A stretch of 64,000 bases of DNA from an uncultured Chloroflexia bacterium (GTDB lineage Bacteria; Chloroflexota; Dehalococcoidia; GIF9; UBA5629). Below the pieces are notes generated by a model, which saw only the letters and a program-made list of their open reading frames with translations, had not been told where the DNA came from and made no database searches. Both the position numbers and the translations under genes were made by a program. The stretch is taken from contig OY970123.1 in the NCBI GenBank assembly GCA_963705905.1, positions 359,762-423,761 of the forward strand, read 5' to 3'. Of this stretch, positions 9,814 through 19,046 are shown piece after piece (within the stretch, counting starts at the first letter, position 1; the number at the start of each line of letters is the position of its first letter).

Positions 9814-10884
9814 ATGAACATCCAGGATTTAATAAAGCTGGCAAAAGATAAAAGGGGCTCCGACCTCCATCTGGTAGCAGGCGTACCTCCCATGTTGAGA
9901 ATCGACGGCGAGCTAAAGCCGTTCCCGGAGTTCGGGGTCATGCTGGGTGAGGATATCGAGCGTCTCTTCCACCAGGTCTCCAATACACATCTGAGGGATT
10001 TGCTAAAAAGCGAACTGGAAGTTGATTTTGCTCACGAGCTTCCCGGAGGCGGGCGGGGACGCTGTAACGCCTGCTGGCAGCAGGGCTCGATCAGTTTGGC
10101 TATACGTATTTTATCAGACCACATACCTTCGGTGGAGGAGATCGGCCTGCCGGATATTACCAAGGAGTTGATAACACGTCCCAGGGGGCTGATCCTGGTT
10201 ACCGGTCCCACCGGTTCAGGCAAAAGCACGACTATAGCGGCCATGCTCAATCACCTGAATAATAATCTTCAGAGGTACGTGGTCACCATCGAAGACCCTA
10301 TCGAATACGTCTACCCCGGTTTGAAGTGCGCCTTTTCACAGAGGGAGCTAGACCAGGATACTCATTCATTTGTTAATGCCTTAAAGTATGTATTGAGGCA
10401 GGACCCGGATGTGATTCTGGTAGGCGAAATGAGAGACCTGGAGACGGCTTCCGCTGTTTTAACGGTTGCCGAAACGGGCCACCTGGTGTTGTCCACCGGG
10501 CATGCTCCGAGCGCAGCACAATCCGTTGAAAGGATCGTGGACCTCTTTCCCCCTCATGAAAGGCAGATGGCGCAGTCGAGGCTGGCATCAACCTTGATAG
10601 CCGTATTCTGCCAGGTTCTGGTGCCTCGCGTAGGCGGTGGACGTGTAGCGGCTGTTGAAATCATGCTGGCCAACGCGGCGGTCAAGAACCTTATAAGGGA
10701 TGGGAAACCGTTCCTGATTCCCAACACCATCCGCACCAGCTCCAACCTGGGGATGAGGACGCTGGATGATGCATTGGTAGACCTCTTCAGGAAAAATGTA
10801 ATATCAAAGGAATCGGTGTACGCCTTCTGTCAGGATGCGGACGATGTAAACAAAATATTAAGGTCGGAAAGTTCTATTAGATAA
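9814..10884 (+). CDS. pilT: Twitching-motility retraction ATPase
   Basis: 356 aa with Walker A GPTGSGKSTT and PilT-type Asp/His box regions (ILVGEMRD, GHLVLST). Confidence 0.9.
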   Translation: MNIQDLIKLAKDKRGSDLHLVAGVPPMLRIDGELKPFPEFGVMLGEDIERLFHQVSNTHLRDLLKSELEVDFAHELPGGGRGRCNACWQQGSISLAIRILSDHIPSVEEIGLPDITKELITRPRGLILVTGPTGSGKSTTIAAMLNHLNNNLQRYVVTIEDPIEYVYPGLKCAFSQRELDQDTHSFVNALKYVLRQDPDVILVGEMRDLETASAVLTVAETGHLVLSTGHAPSAAQSVERIVDLFPPHERQMAQSRLASTLIAVFCQVLVPRVGGGRVAAVEIMLANAAVKNLIRDGKPFLIPNTIRTSSNLGMRTLDDALVDLFRKNVISKESVYAFCQDADDVNKILRSESSIR

Positions 10885-10906
10885 ATCTCTCCGGACCCGG
10901 GACAAT

Positions 10907-10940
10907 AAAAAAGAGCGTGGATTTAATCCACGCTCTTTTT
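10907..10940. terminator. Bidirectional intrinsic terminator between convergent pilT and pilA
   Basis: AAAAAGAGCGTGGAT-TTA-ATCCACGCTCTTTTT: a perfect stem flanked by an A-run and a T-run. Confidence 0.8.
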
Positions 10941-10968
10941 ATGTCAGCATTACGTTAATAAATCGTTA

Positions 10969-11277
10969 TCACGGATAAGTTGTCTGGGTCACCTTGCCGG
11001 TTGTCTGGTCGATGCTATAAGTTCCATGCGCCGTTCCCAGGAAATAGGGGGAGAGTGCCGCCTGGTTGGCCGGGATAGCACCGGTATTGTCATACATGTA
11101 AGCCGAGACTGCAGTCTGTACATTTGCCAGCTCGGTCGCTGCAGCCTGCGTCTTGCCACTGCTCATATACTTGGTGACATTCAGTATTACCACGGCAGCG
11201 AGCACACCCAGGATGGAAATGACCACCAACAACTCAATTAGCGTAAAACCCTTTTGTGCCGTCTTAAGAAATTTCAT
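10969..11277 (-). CDS. pilA: Major type IV pilin
   Basis: 102 aa, MKFLKTAQKG|FTLIELLVVISILGVLAAVV. A strong SD (AAGGAGG) lies upstream on the minus strand. Confidence 0.85.
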   Translation of the reverse strand: MKFLKTAQKGFTLIELLVVISILGVLAAVVILNVTKYMSSGKTQAAATELANVQTAVSAYMYDNTGAIPANQAALSPYFLGTAHGTYSIDQTTGKVTQTTYP

Positions 11278-11499
11278 AATTAACCTCCTTAGTTAGCTGC
11301 TCAACCAGCCGGATCGACCTGACCGGCTAAGTTAGTCTTTGTGCTTATTTCTGTCCTACGATGCAATTATACTTCCCACGATCGTAAAGTAAATAGCCAA
11401 TTGGTCACATTTTCGTAGTACTAAGGTCACATTTTTGATACTTTAAAGTTGTCGCAGGCATAGTATAATAAGTGAAAATCTGCGTATGTAACATTACAG

Positions 11500-13968
11500 G
11501 TGCTAATGAATTCAACCGGCAACCAAAACAGCAAATTGCACGGCAATCTGGAGAAAGCCATCGAGTGTGTCTGGCTGCTGACGATTTTCCTGGTCCCCCT
11601 CGCCTATGATCCCTTCTGCCTCAACCCCTACTATTTTGTTAAATCGCTCACCCTGGTTTTCCTGGTATGTATCTTGACGGGTCTTGTACTGGCCCAGTGG
11701 CTGCTCCGGAAGCCTGAAATTAGCTGGAGGGAGTTATCTGATTGGATAAAAAGATCACCGCTACAGACGGCCGTAGTGATTTTTGGTTTGATATGGATAG
11801 TATCGACAGTATGTTCCGTTATGCCTTATAAGAGCCTATGGGGTAACCTGGCGGGGAGCGTAGGACTTCTTCCCAATATAGCATGGATAATCTTTTTCCT
11901 GATCCTGTCACAAAAAATTGGATCGCTTAAACAGGTCTACCGCGCTCTCTTTGCGCTGGTTATTGCCTCAGCCATAATTTGTTTGATCGGCATTGTGCAG
12001 TTTTTCTTTGCTCCCTGGTTGTTGTTGGATGGCAGGGTCGTTTCGATTGACGGCAACCCGCTTTCTTTGAGTGGATTCATAGCTATGATTTTGCCGGTTA
12101 CGCTCGCTTTGATCATGCTCACCTGGTACGCGCCATTGTCCAGGACCCGCAAGTGGGCCGGGTTTATCGGACTGCTGGCGGTATTTGTCCTGCAGATGGG
12201 TTGCCTGGCGCTGGCGCAATATTCCATCACCCTGCTGGTATTCATAATAGGGATTTTCGCTTTCTTCGCACTGGTTGGAATTTTCCTGCAGAGAAAGGTA
12301 ACTCTAAGGCTCAGCATTATTACCCTGGTCCTGATCGGCATTATTGCATCCGTGCTGATGGGGCAGATGCTGATCCCGCAAAACGGAGTCTCTCCCGGCC
12401 AGAGCCGCAATCCAAACGCCACAGTTGCAGAGCAGGTCGGGTTGATAACATTACCTGTCCGTCTGCAGACCTGGCAGTGCGCCCTTGATGTGATCGTGCA
12501 ATCGCCTGAAATACCATATTTGCAGGATAATCTGCACAGTTTGCGACGCTTCATCGGGTATGGCCCCGAGACTTTCATAGCCATGTCCCAGACCAGATTT
12601 CCTCCGGCATGGAAAGCCAGGTATACATTCGGGTCACTGGTGATTGCTCAGCCTGAAAACCACTATCTATATCTGGCCGTTACCCTGGGGATCCTTGGAT
12701 TGCTGTCGTTCCTGGTTATACTCGGCATATTTTTCTATAGAGGCTTTAAATATTTGCTGCGCAGCAGTGAGAGGCACTCAATCATGCTCATGTCGGCTTT
12801 CATTGCGGCTATTTTGCAATATTGTATCCATGTATTTTTCGATCCTTCTGTGATCACGCCGGAGCTGGTATTCTGGCTAGTTTTGGCCCTGGCTGTAGCT
12901 TTGATCAAAATTGACAACACCGGCGGGATTACACTGCCCGTAAAGCCCACTGGAACAGGAGATGAAGGGTATAAACGCGAAAACGCAGGCACCGGGCCGG
13001 TCAGGAAGTTCACGGCAGCGGCTGTATTCGTGATATTTATTGTTATCGGAGCAGGGCTTACGGTCGATCCTTTGCGGGCCAATACCTATATTGAAAGCGG
13101 CCTCAGGCTCTATAATAGTGATAAGGCGGCTGCCATGGCTATGTATAGTGAGGCAGCCAGGATCGAACCTCAGCAGTCGTACTATCATAACTTTCTTGGC
13201 AACATTGCTTACATGTCTGCTCAGGAGAGCAAGGATCCTCAGGAGAAATCAAAACTGCTTGCGCTGAGCGAGTCGGCTTATAAGGAAGCCATCCGTGTAG
13301 ATCCGGCCATGGCTATCTGGTATTACCGGCTGGCAGATGTGGACGTCTACTGGGCTCTGAACGGTGACAAAGCTAAATTCGACGATGCCCTCAGACTCTA
13401 TGAAAAAGCTGACGGCATATTCTCGGCAAATCCGGTAATCCTGAATAAATGGGCCCTGGCTCTCATCTTCAAAGGTGATTATCAGGCAGCGGGACAGAAA
13501 CTGGCCGACTCGGCCAGGAGCGATCCGCTGTGGATACAGACCTCATTTTTCCAGGGATTGCTGCAAAAATATAAAGGTGATAACGGGTCGGCGGCCGATT
13601 CTCTTATAGAGCCGGTCAAGGATGCTGGAGATGTGAGCTTCTATATCAATTTTTGCAGCGTACTGACTATTTACAGGGCGGATGAAATACAACCGGTAAT
13701 CGACGCTTTGAAATCCCGCCTTGATACTGACGGAAGTGATTGGAAGGGATATATGTTGCTGGGTATTTCCGACGTCTATGGGGAGGACTACCAGGATTCT
13801 GTGCAGGCATTCAGAAAATCGGCTGAACTGGTGCCAGACGAGGACATAACGCTGGTGGCAGGTGTAGTTAATGCCATGTTGAGTAATCAGAGCACGTATC
13901 AAGCCGATAGACAGCAAATCGTCGATGGCTTGATGGATAGAGAATCAAAAATAAACAAAAGTAATTAA
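11500..13968 (+). CDS. O-antigen-ligase-like (Wzy_C) polytopic membrane protein with C-terminal TPR repeats
   Basis: 822 aa. The first ~480 aa are multi-TM with the loop pattern of Wzy_C/O-antigen ligase proteins. The C-terminal ~300 aa are TPR-like (AMYSEAARIEPQQSYYHNFLGNIAY...). An alternative ATG lies at 11506. Confidence 0.7.
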   Translation: MLMNSTGNQNSKLHGNLEKAIECVWLLTIFLVPLAYDPFCLNPYYFVKSLTLVFLVCILTGLVLAQWLLRKPEISWRELSDWIKRSPLQTAVVIFGLIWIVSTVCSVMPYKSLWGNLAGSVGLLPNIAWIIFFLILSQKIGSLKQVYRALFALVIASAIICLIGIVQFFFAPWLLLDGRVVSIDGNPLSLSGFIAMILPVTLALIMLTWYAPLSRTRKWAGFIGLLAVFVLQMGCLALAQYSITLLVFIIGIFAFFALVGIFLQRKVTLRLSIITLVLIGIIASVLMGQMLIPQNGVSPGQSRNPNATVAEQVGLITLPVRLQTWQCALDVIVQSPEIPYLQDNLHSLRRFIGYGPETFIAMSQTRFPPAWKARYTFGSLVIAQPENHYLYLAVTLGILGLLSFLVILGIFFYRGFKYLLRSSERHSIMLMSAFIAAILQYCIHVFFDPSVITPELVFWLVLALAVALIKIDNTGGITLPVKPTGTGDEGYKRENAGTGPVRKFTAAAVFVIFIVIGAGLTVDPLRANTYIESGLRLYNSDKAAAMAMYSEAARIEPQQSYYHNFLGNIAYMSAQESKDPQEKSKLLALSESAYKEAIRVDPAMAIWYYRLADVDVYWALNGDKAKFDDALRLYEKADGIFSANPVILNKWALALIFKGDYQAAGQKLADSARSDPLWIQTSFFQGLLQKYKGDNGSAADSLIEPVKDAGDVSFYINFCSVLTIYRADEIQPVIDALKSRLDTDGSDWKGYMLLGISDVYGEDYQDSVQAFRKSAELVPDEDITLVAGVVNAMLSNQSTYQADRQQIVDGLMDRESKINKSN

Positions 13969-13973
13969 ATCAA

Positions 13974-14753
13974 TTGGAAATTGTTTTAGCGTTTATTTTT
14001 TTCCTGATCGGCATCAGCTTCGGCAGTTTTTTCAATGTGGTCGCAGACCGTGTGCCGCAGCGCAAGTCGATTGTATCTCCTCCGTCCCATTGTTTCCAGT
14101 GCGGGCGTGCGCTTAAATCAAAAGACCTGGTACCTGTTTTCAGCTACATCATTTTAAAAGGCAGGTGCCGTTACTGCGGCGCCGGCATTCCGTTGAGGTC
14201 GATGCTGGTGGAGCTAACCACAGGCCTGCTATTTGTGCTTGCATGGGCTGTGCTGGGACCGCACTGGCAATTACTGGTTGTAGTCACATATATGTCTATT
14301 TTGATAATACTTTCTATTACGGACCTGGAAAGCGGTTTTTTCCCCGGAGCGATTCTCTACTCTGCCGTCATCCTTGCGCTCGCAATCACACTGGTTAAAA
14401 CCTTTACAGGTTTGACTCCCGATATCATCAGTGCGGTGATAGGGTTTGCCGTGGGCTTCGGTTTTTTCTTTCTGATCTGGTGCATTGCCAGGCTGTTTAA
14501 AAAAGAAATTATTGGGTTCGGAGATGTTGTATTGGGTGGGTTAATCGGCATTATGACGGGTTTCCCGCTGGTCATAGCTGCCATATATCTCGCGGTTCTG
14601 GGAGGCGGCCTGACTGCTATCGTCCTGGTTATATTTAAGATCAGAAAACTGACGGAGCCCATCTCATTCGGACTATTTCTGGCAATGGGTGCGACCGTTA
14701 CTCTTTTGTGGGGCGGCGAGATATCAAAATTAATATCTTTACTGGTAAATTGA
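13974..14753 (+). CDS. pilD: Prepilin peptidase (A24 family)
   Basis: 259 aa with a TTG start. It has the N-terminal CFQCGR...CRYCG zinc motif and a polytopic body with a GFGDV-type catalytic Asp motif. Confidence 0.85.
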   Translation: MEIVLAFIFFLIGISFGSFFNVVADRVPQRKSIVSPPSHCFQCGRALKSKDLVPVFSYIILKGRCRYCGAGIPLRSMLVELTTGLLFVLAWAVLGPHWQLLVVVTYMSILIILSITDLESGFFPGAILYSAVILALAITLVKTFTGLTPDIISAVIGFAVGFGFFFLIWCIARLFKKEIIGFGDVVLGGLIGIMTGFPLVIAAIYLAVLGGGLTAIVLVIFKIRKLTEPISFGLFLAMGATVTLLWGGEISKLISLLVN

Positions 14754-14812
14754 GCACGGTAAAAATTAGTTAAACTTTTATAAAATATATTCGGTTGAAC
14801 GTGGAGGGGGTA

Positions 14813-14841
14813 TTGACATATATGCGTTTATGTGCTAATTT
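14813..14841 (+). promoter_or_regulatory. Sigma70-like promoter: TTGACA, 17-nt spacer, TGcTAATTT (extended -10)
   Basis: TTGACA lies at 14813-14818 and TAATTT at 14836-14841, preceded by TGc. The predicted start at ~14848 coincides with the first base of the terminal helix of the candidate RNA. Confidence 0.4.
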
Positions 14842-14848
14842 TGAAAAT

Positions 14849-14971
14849 GTCCCAAGTAATCAAAGTTGGAACGGGGAGGCAGAGGACCCTAGCACGAGGT
14901 AGGCGAAGGCCGAATAGTGTAAGGGGGGAAGATGAGGAACCGGGATACTGAGGTTACTTGGGGCTTTTTTT
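14849..14971 (+). ncRNA. Candidate ~120-nt small RNA of unknown family
   Basis: A 13-bp terminal helix pairs 14849-14861 (GTCCCAAGTAATC) with 14952-14964 (GGTTACTTGGGGC), including two G-U pairs. It is followed directly by T7 (14965-14971). The interior is purine-rich with six GGA triplets. No + strand gene lies downstream. Confidence 0.35.
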
Positions 14972-16391
14972 ATTCCAAAATAGCCAGGAATGGCAAGTTA
15001 CGGTATTTCCCTCTTACATCCAGGCCGTAGCCCACAACAAATTCATCGGGTATCTCGAATCCGATATACTCGAGGTGTACATCGATCAGGCGCCTGACTC
15101 TCTTATCCAACAACGTGCACACTTTCAAGCTAGCCGGCTTGCGTGTTGCAAGATAGTTGAGGACATAATTTAAGGTCATCCCCGTATCGATTATATCTTC
15201 CACCATTAGCACGTGCTTGCCCTTGATGTCGATGTCCAGGTCTTTGGTTATTTTGATGAGGGAATCCGACTTGCCCTGTGGAGTCGATATTGCCATGAAA
15301 TCGCATTCAAGAGGAATAGATATATTCTGCATCAGGTCCGACATAAAGCATATGACCCCTTTGAGGATGCCTATAAGGATAAGGTCTTTTCCCTGGTAGT
15401 CTTTGGATATCTGTTTGGCCAGCGACCTGACTCGCCTGTCGATCTGGGTCTTATTGAATAAGTATTTTTGCACCCCGTTCATCTTATTCTCGCCCAGCGG
15501 TATAAAATCGTATTTAACAAACAGCTTCAGATAGTCGGCTTTATTGAGCAATTTTACGTTGACATCGGGGTATAATTCCTTGAGTTGGCGCAGCTTGCGA
15601 TTCTTTTCAGTGATCAGGCTTTGCCTCGAAGTGGTCAACTCAATGTATAAATTTATCTCGGGTAGATAGAAATCCGGGGTAAACATTTCGCTGATCCGTT
15701 TGTCTTTCCAGGATAATGGGAATGAACGTGGTTCATAGAGCCATTCCACCTGGTAAAAATCCAGCAGTCTGGCAAACTCTTCTTCGCTGGGGTGGCTGAA
15801 ACTGGTCGGACGGACCGGCTTCAAAGGAAGGTGAGAGAAACTGGTAAGTTTCTTTTGTTGGGTGACATTGGTCTCATGATGCGTATTCAGATATTGGGAA
15901 AGTTCATTTTTCTCGAGCGTCAATGCAATGATATTGGCTACCGTGGCCAAGAAATCTTTCTCATGAGGTTTAAAGTGCTTCTTCTCACGGGTATAGGTCC
16001 TTATCTCCCCGGTTATCTCCTCTTTCTGGAAAATTGGTGCACCCAGCAGGGACTTAAGGTTTTCCTTGGCTGCTTGTTCGGGGAATTGGGTACGTTTATC
16101 GGCGATAATGTCTTCAACGGTGACAGTCTTGCCTTCCAGTATCTCCGGGTAACTCTTGCGGGCGTTTAATGCTCCTTTACGCAAGTAGATGTCGCTCAAC
16201 CCGAAAGCACCGATGATGTCAAGATATTCACGCTGGGGATTAAGCAGCATAATAGCGCAGCCCGACGCCTGCAGCGCCCGTGCAGCGCTGGCTGCAACCA
16301 ATCCCATTATTTTTTTAAAAGGTAAATCGCTGTTGATTACTTTAGCTATTTGTTTGAATGCAAGCGAATAGCGATTTTCAGTGGCATCCAT
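14970..16391 (-). CDS. hpt: GAF domain + PD-(D/E)xK-like middle domain + hypoxanthine phosphoribosyltransferase fusion
   Basis: 473 aa. The N-terminal ~165 aa are GAF-like. The middle has EEFARLLDFYQVEWLYEP...TPDFYLPEINLYIELT. The C-terminal ~180 aa are a clear HPRT (VLMVEDIIDTGMTL PRPP loop, VVGYGLDVRGKYRNLP). Confidence 0.8.
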   Translation of the reverse strand: MDATENRYSLAFKQIAKVINSDLPFKKIMGLVAASAARALQASGCAIMLLNPQREYLDIIGAFGLSDIYLRKGALNARKSYPEILEGKTVTVEDIIADKRTQFPEQAAKENLKSLLGAPIFQKEEITGEIRTYTREKKHFKPHEKDFLATVANIIALTLEKNELSQYLNTHHETNVTQQKKLTSFSHLPLKPVRPTSFSHPSEEEFARLLDFYQVEWLYEPRSFPLSWKDKRISEMFTPDFYLPEINLYIELTTSRQSLITEKNRKLRQLKELYPDVNVKLLNKADYLKLFVKYDFIPLGENKMNGVQKYLFNKTQIDRRVRSLAKQISKDYQGKDLILIGILKGVICFMSDLMQNISIPLECDFMAISTPQGKSDSLIKITKDLDIDIKGKHVLMVEDIIDTGMTLNYVLNYLATRKPASLKVCTLLDKRVRRLIDVHLEYIGFEIPDEFVVGYGLDVRGKYRNLPFLAILE

Positions 16392-16424
16392 ACCTCTTCC
16401 ACCCCTTGGTCCTAATGTAACATA

Positions 16425-19046
16425 TCATCCGCATTTAGTATAGCCGCAACTAGGGCAAATATGGCAGCCTTCTTGATATATAAGTAGATTCCCACAATCG
16501 GGGCATTGACCGGTAGAGCTTCCCGTAGACTGGCTGGCCTGTTTTACAAGACCAATGTCTTCATCCTTTTTCATGTATTTTTCCAGGACGCTGCCGATAG
16601 CATCTGCGCACGATAATATTGCCCGGCCATGCTCCCAGGAAACGGAAGGGCACCTTATGGCCCTTAGCTGCTTGATGACTGAGCTGACATCGATGCCCGA
16701 TCTGAAAATGAGTGAAATAAGCCTGCTGGTGGCTTCGAGTTGGGCAGAAGCACAGCCTCCGGCCTTGCCCAGGCTGGAAAAAACTTCACATATTCCCTTG
16801 TCATCAAAATTGACAGTAACATAAATGTAGCCGCAACCGGTGGTTACACGCTCAGTTATACCCCTTGTGATCTTGGGTCTCTGCCGCGGCGATAGCCTGG
16901 CTTCTGACTCGGCTTCTCCCTTCGTATCTTTTTCCTTTTCTTTAACCGTTTCCTTACGGCCTGTGTTCAATACCTGGCTATCGCGGCTCCTGTCCCGGTA
17001 GATTGTGATGCCTTTCAAACCTAGCTTGTAAGCCATCAAATAAACGTTTTTCACATCTTCTATGGAAGCCTCATGAGGCAAGTTAACCGTCTTAGAAACG
17101 GCGCTGTCAGTATATTTCTGGAAAGCCGCCTGGATTTTCACATGCCATTCAGGCGAGATATCGTGCGATGTTACAAAAACGGCCTTGACCGGGTCGGGCA
17201 CCGATGGATTTTCATTTAATCCCGCCCCTTCAGCCAGCTTTTTCATAAGCTCGGCCGAATAAAAACCACCTTTCCTGGCTGCTTCTTCGAAATAGGGATT
17301 GACCTCTATTAAGGTCTGCCCGTCAAGTATGTGGCGGAAGTAACTCAAGGCGAAGATAGGCTCGATACCGCTGGAGCAACCGGCGATGATGCTTAAAGTT
17401 CCCGTTGGAGCGATAGTTGTCCTGTTGGCATTCCTCACCTTGGGTCCATTCCCGGTGTCATATATACTGCCGTTGAAAGCAGGGAATGTGCCCCTTGAAC
17501 GCCCCAGCGATTCGGATTCCTTAGTCGCTTCTTCAGAAATAAAACGCATAACGTTCTCGGCGGTCTCAAGCGCTCTATCCGAGTTATATGGTATCTGTAA
17601 CTGTATTAACATGTCGGCGAAACCCATTACACCCAGACCTATCTTGCGTGTTTTACGGGTCATCTCTTCGATCTGTTTCAGAGGAAATTTATTAGCTTCG
17701 ATCACATCATCCAGGAATCTCACGGCCAGCTTGATAACCTCCATGAGCTTTTCGTAGTCTATTTCGCTGTGGTTGTTGACCCGCTTGACCATCCTGGATA
17801 AATTGATCGAACCTAGATTGCATGACTCATACGGCAGAAGGGGTTGTTCCCCGCAGGGGTTAGTGCTTTCTATTTTGCCCAGGTTGGGCGTTGAGTTGAA
17901 TTCATTTATCCTGTCCAGGAAGATTATGCCGGGGTCGCCTGTTCTCCAGGCCATCTCTACAATCTTGCTGAAGACCTCCCTGGCGTTCAGTTTGCTCACG
18001 ACTTCTTTGTTATGGGGATTGATCAGATCATAGTCGGTATTTTGCTCCACTGCCTTCATAAACTGGTCTGTAATGGCTACAGATATATTGAAATTCGTAA
18101 ATGCTTTCAGGTCTTCCTTGGATGAGATGAATTCCAGGATATCCGGGTGGTCCACGTTCAATATACCCATGTTGGCGCCGCGGCGCATGCCGCCCTGTTT
18201 AATGACGTCTGTTGCAGTATCGAAGGCGCGCATAAAGGATACGGGACCGCTGGCGACGCCTCCCGTAGATCCTACTCTGTCCTTCTTGGGCCGTAGACGT
18301 GAGAAGGAAAAGCCCGTCCCTCCTCCGCTTTTATGAATCAGCGCCGTATACTTGACTGCGTCGAAGATCGACTCCATGGTATCATCGATCGGCAGCACGA
18401 AGCAGGCCGATAGTTGCCCCAGTTCGCGGCCGGCATTCATGAGAGTGGGCGAATTGGGGAGGAATTCGAGAGAAGTCATGGCATTGTAGAACTTTGCTTC
18501 CCAATCGGCGACGCCGGCAGATTTATCGAATACGAGCTCGGCAGAGGCGATATGTCTGCTGACCCGGTGGAACAGCTCTTCGGGAGTTTCAATAACCTTT
18601 CCCTGTCCGTCTTTTTGCAGATATCTCTTCTCCAGGACGATAAGTGCGTTTTCAGTAAGCTTCAGTTTACTGGTGGAGGGCGTGCTAACCGGAGAGGCAG
18701 GAGGCGCGGGAGGAATGGAAGCAGGGATTTCCACTGTGGCTTTCGGGCTGGTTTTCTCAGCCAGCAACTCATTAACCACGGACTCTATCTGCTCCTTGCC
18801 GGGAGGTTGTGGGGCAATTGAAGGTACCAGGTCTTCCATACCGGGGAAAGTGCGTTCCACTTTTTTAGTTTTCGTGTGTTCTTCAATCGACATTCTCTTC
18901 TCCAACCTCGAAATTACCTGATCTGTAAGGTTTTCTTGCTGATGCCTGTCTGCTAACCCTAGTGTCTGCATGTATGTGAAGACGGTCTTCGCAATGTAAT
19001 TGCGCATCGAGTCCGATAGATAGTTCCTGGATTGCTTGTTAACCAC
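16425..19046 (-). CDS. nrdJ: Class II (adenosylcobalamin-dependent) ribonucleotide reductase
   Basis: 873 aa with the [22 protein letters not shown] active-site region and a C-terminal Cys-rich tail ending CPDCG...CPSCG. An unusual ~130-aa N-terminal extension has a Pro-rich linker, so the true start is uncertain. Confidence 0.9.
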   Translation of the reverse strand: MVNKQSRNYLSDSMRNYIAKTVFTYMQTLGLADRHQQENLTDQVISRLEKRMSIEEHTKTKKVERTFPGMEDLVPSIAPQPPGKEQIESVVNELLAEKTSPKATVEIPASIPPAPPASPVSTPSTSKLKLTENALIVLEKRYLQKDGQGKVIETPEELFHRVSRHIASAELVFDKSAGVADWEAKFYNAMTSLEFLPNSPTLMNAGRELGQLSACFVLPIDDTMESIFDAVKYTALIHKSGGGTGFSFSRLRPKKDRVGSTGGVASGPVSFMRAFDTATDVIKQGGMRRGANMGILNVDHPDILEFISSKEDLKAFTNFNISVAITDQFMKAVEQNTDYDLINPHNKEVVSKLNAREVFSKIVEMAWRTGDPGIIFLDRINEFNSTPNLGKIESTNPCGEQPLLPYESCNLGSINLSRMVKRVNNHSEIDYEKLMEVIKLAVRFLDDVIEANKFPLKQIEEMTRKTRKIGLGVMGFADMLIQLQIPYNSDRALETAENVMRFISEEATKESESLGRSRGTFPAFNGSIYDTGNGPKVRNANRTTIAPTGTLSIIAGCSSGIEPIFALSYFRHILDGQTLIEVNPYFEEAARKGGFYSAELMKKLAEGAGLNENPSVPDPVKAVFVTSHDISPEWHVKIQAAFQKYTDSAVSKTVNLPHEASIEDVKNVYLMAYKLGLKGITIYRDRSRDSQVLNTGRKETVKEKEKDTKGEAESEARLSPRQRPKITRGITERVTTGCGYIYVTVNFDDKGICEVFSSLGKAGGCASAQLEATSRLISLIFRSGIDVSSVIKQLRAIRCPSVSWEHGRAILSCADAIGSVLEKYMKKDEDIGLVKQASQSTGSSTGQCPDCGNLLIYQEGCHICPSCGYTKCG

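Noticed and set aside
11366-11393. Sigma54 promoter (GG-N10-GC) upstream of pilA.
   Set aside because: The best candidate, tGGgaagtataattGCa, has GG-to-GC spacing one nucleotide too long and poor flanking matches. A sigma70-like TTTACT-16-TATAAT fits the same region better.
14849-14971. Candidate small RNA as SRP (4.5S) RNA.
   Set aside because: A terminal helix and a GNAR-type loop (GAAG) exist. However, the conserved helix-8 strands (AGG 5' and AGCA 3' of the tetraloop stem) are not in the required arrangement. AGCA lies on the wrong side.
14932-15030. A 32-codon ORF (MRNRDTEVTWGFFYSKIARNGKLRYFPLTSRP) inside and after the candidate sRNA, preceded by AAGGGGGGAAG.
   Set aside because: The SD-like run ends only 3 nt from the ATG. 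The ORF runs antisense through the 3' end of hpt and through the terminator helix. There is no supporting feature.
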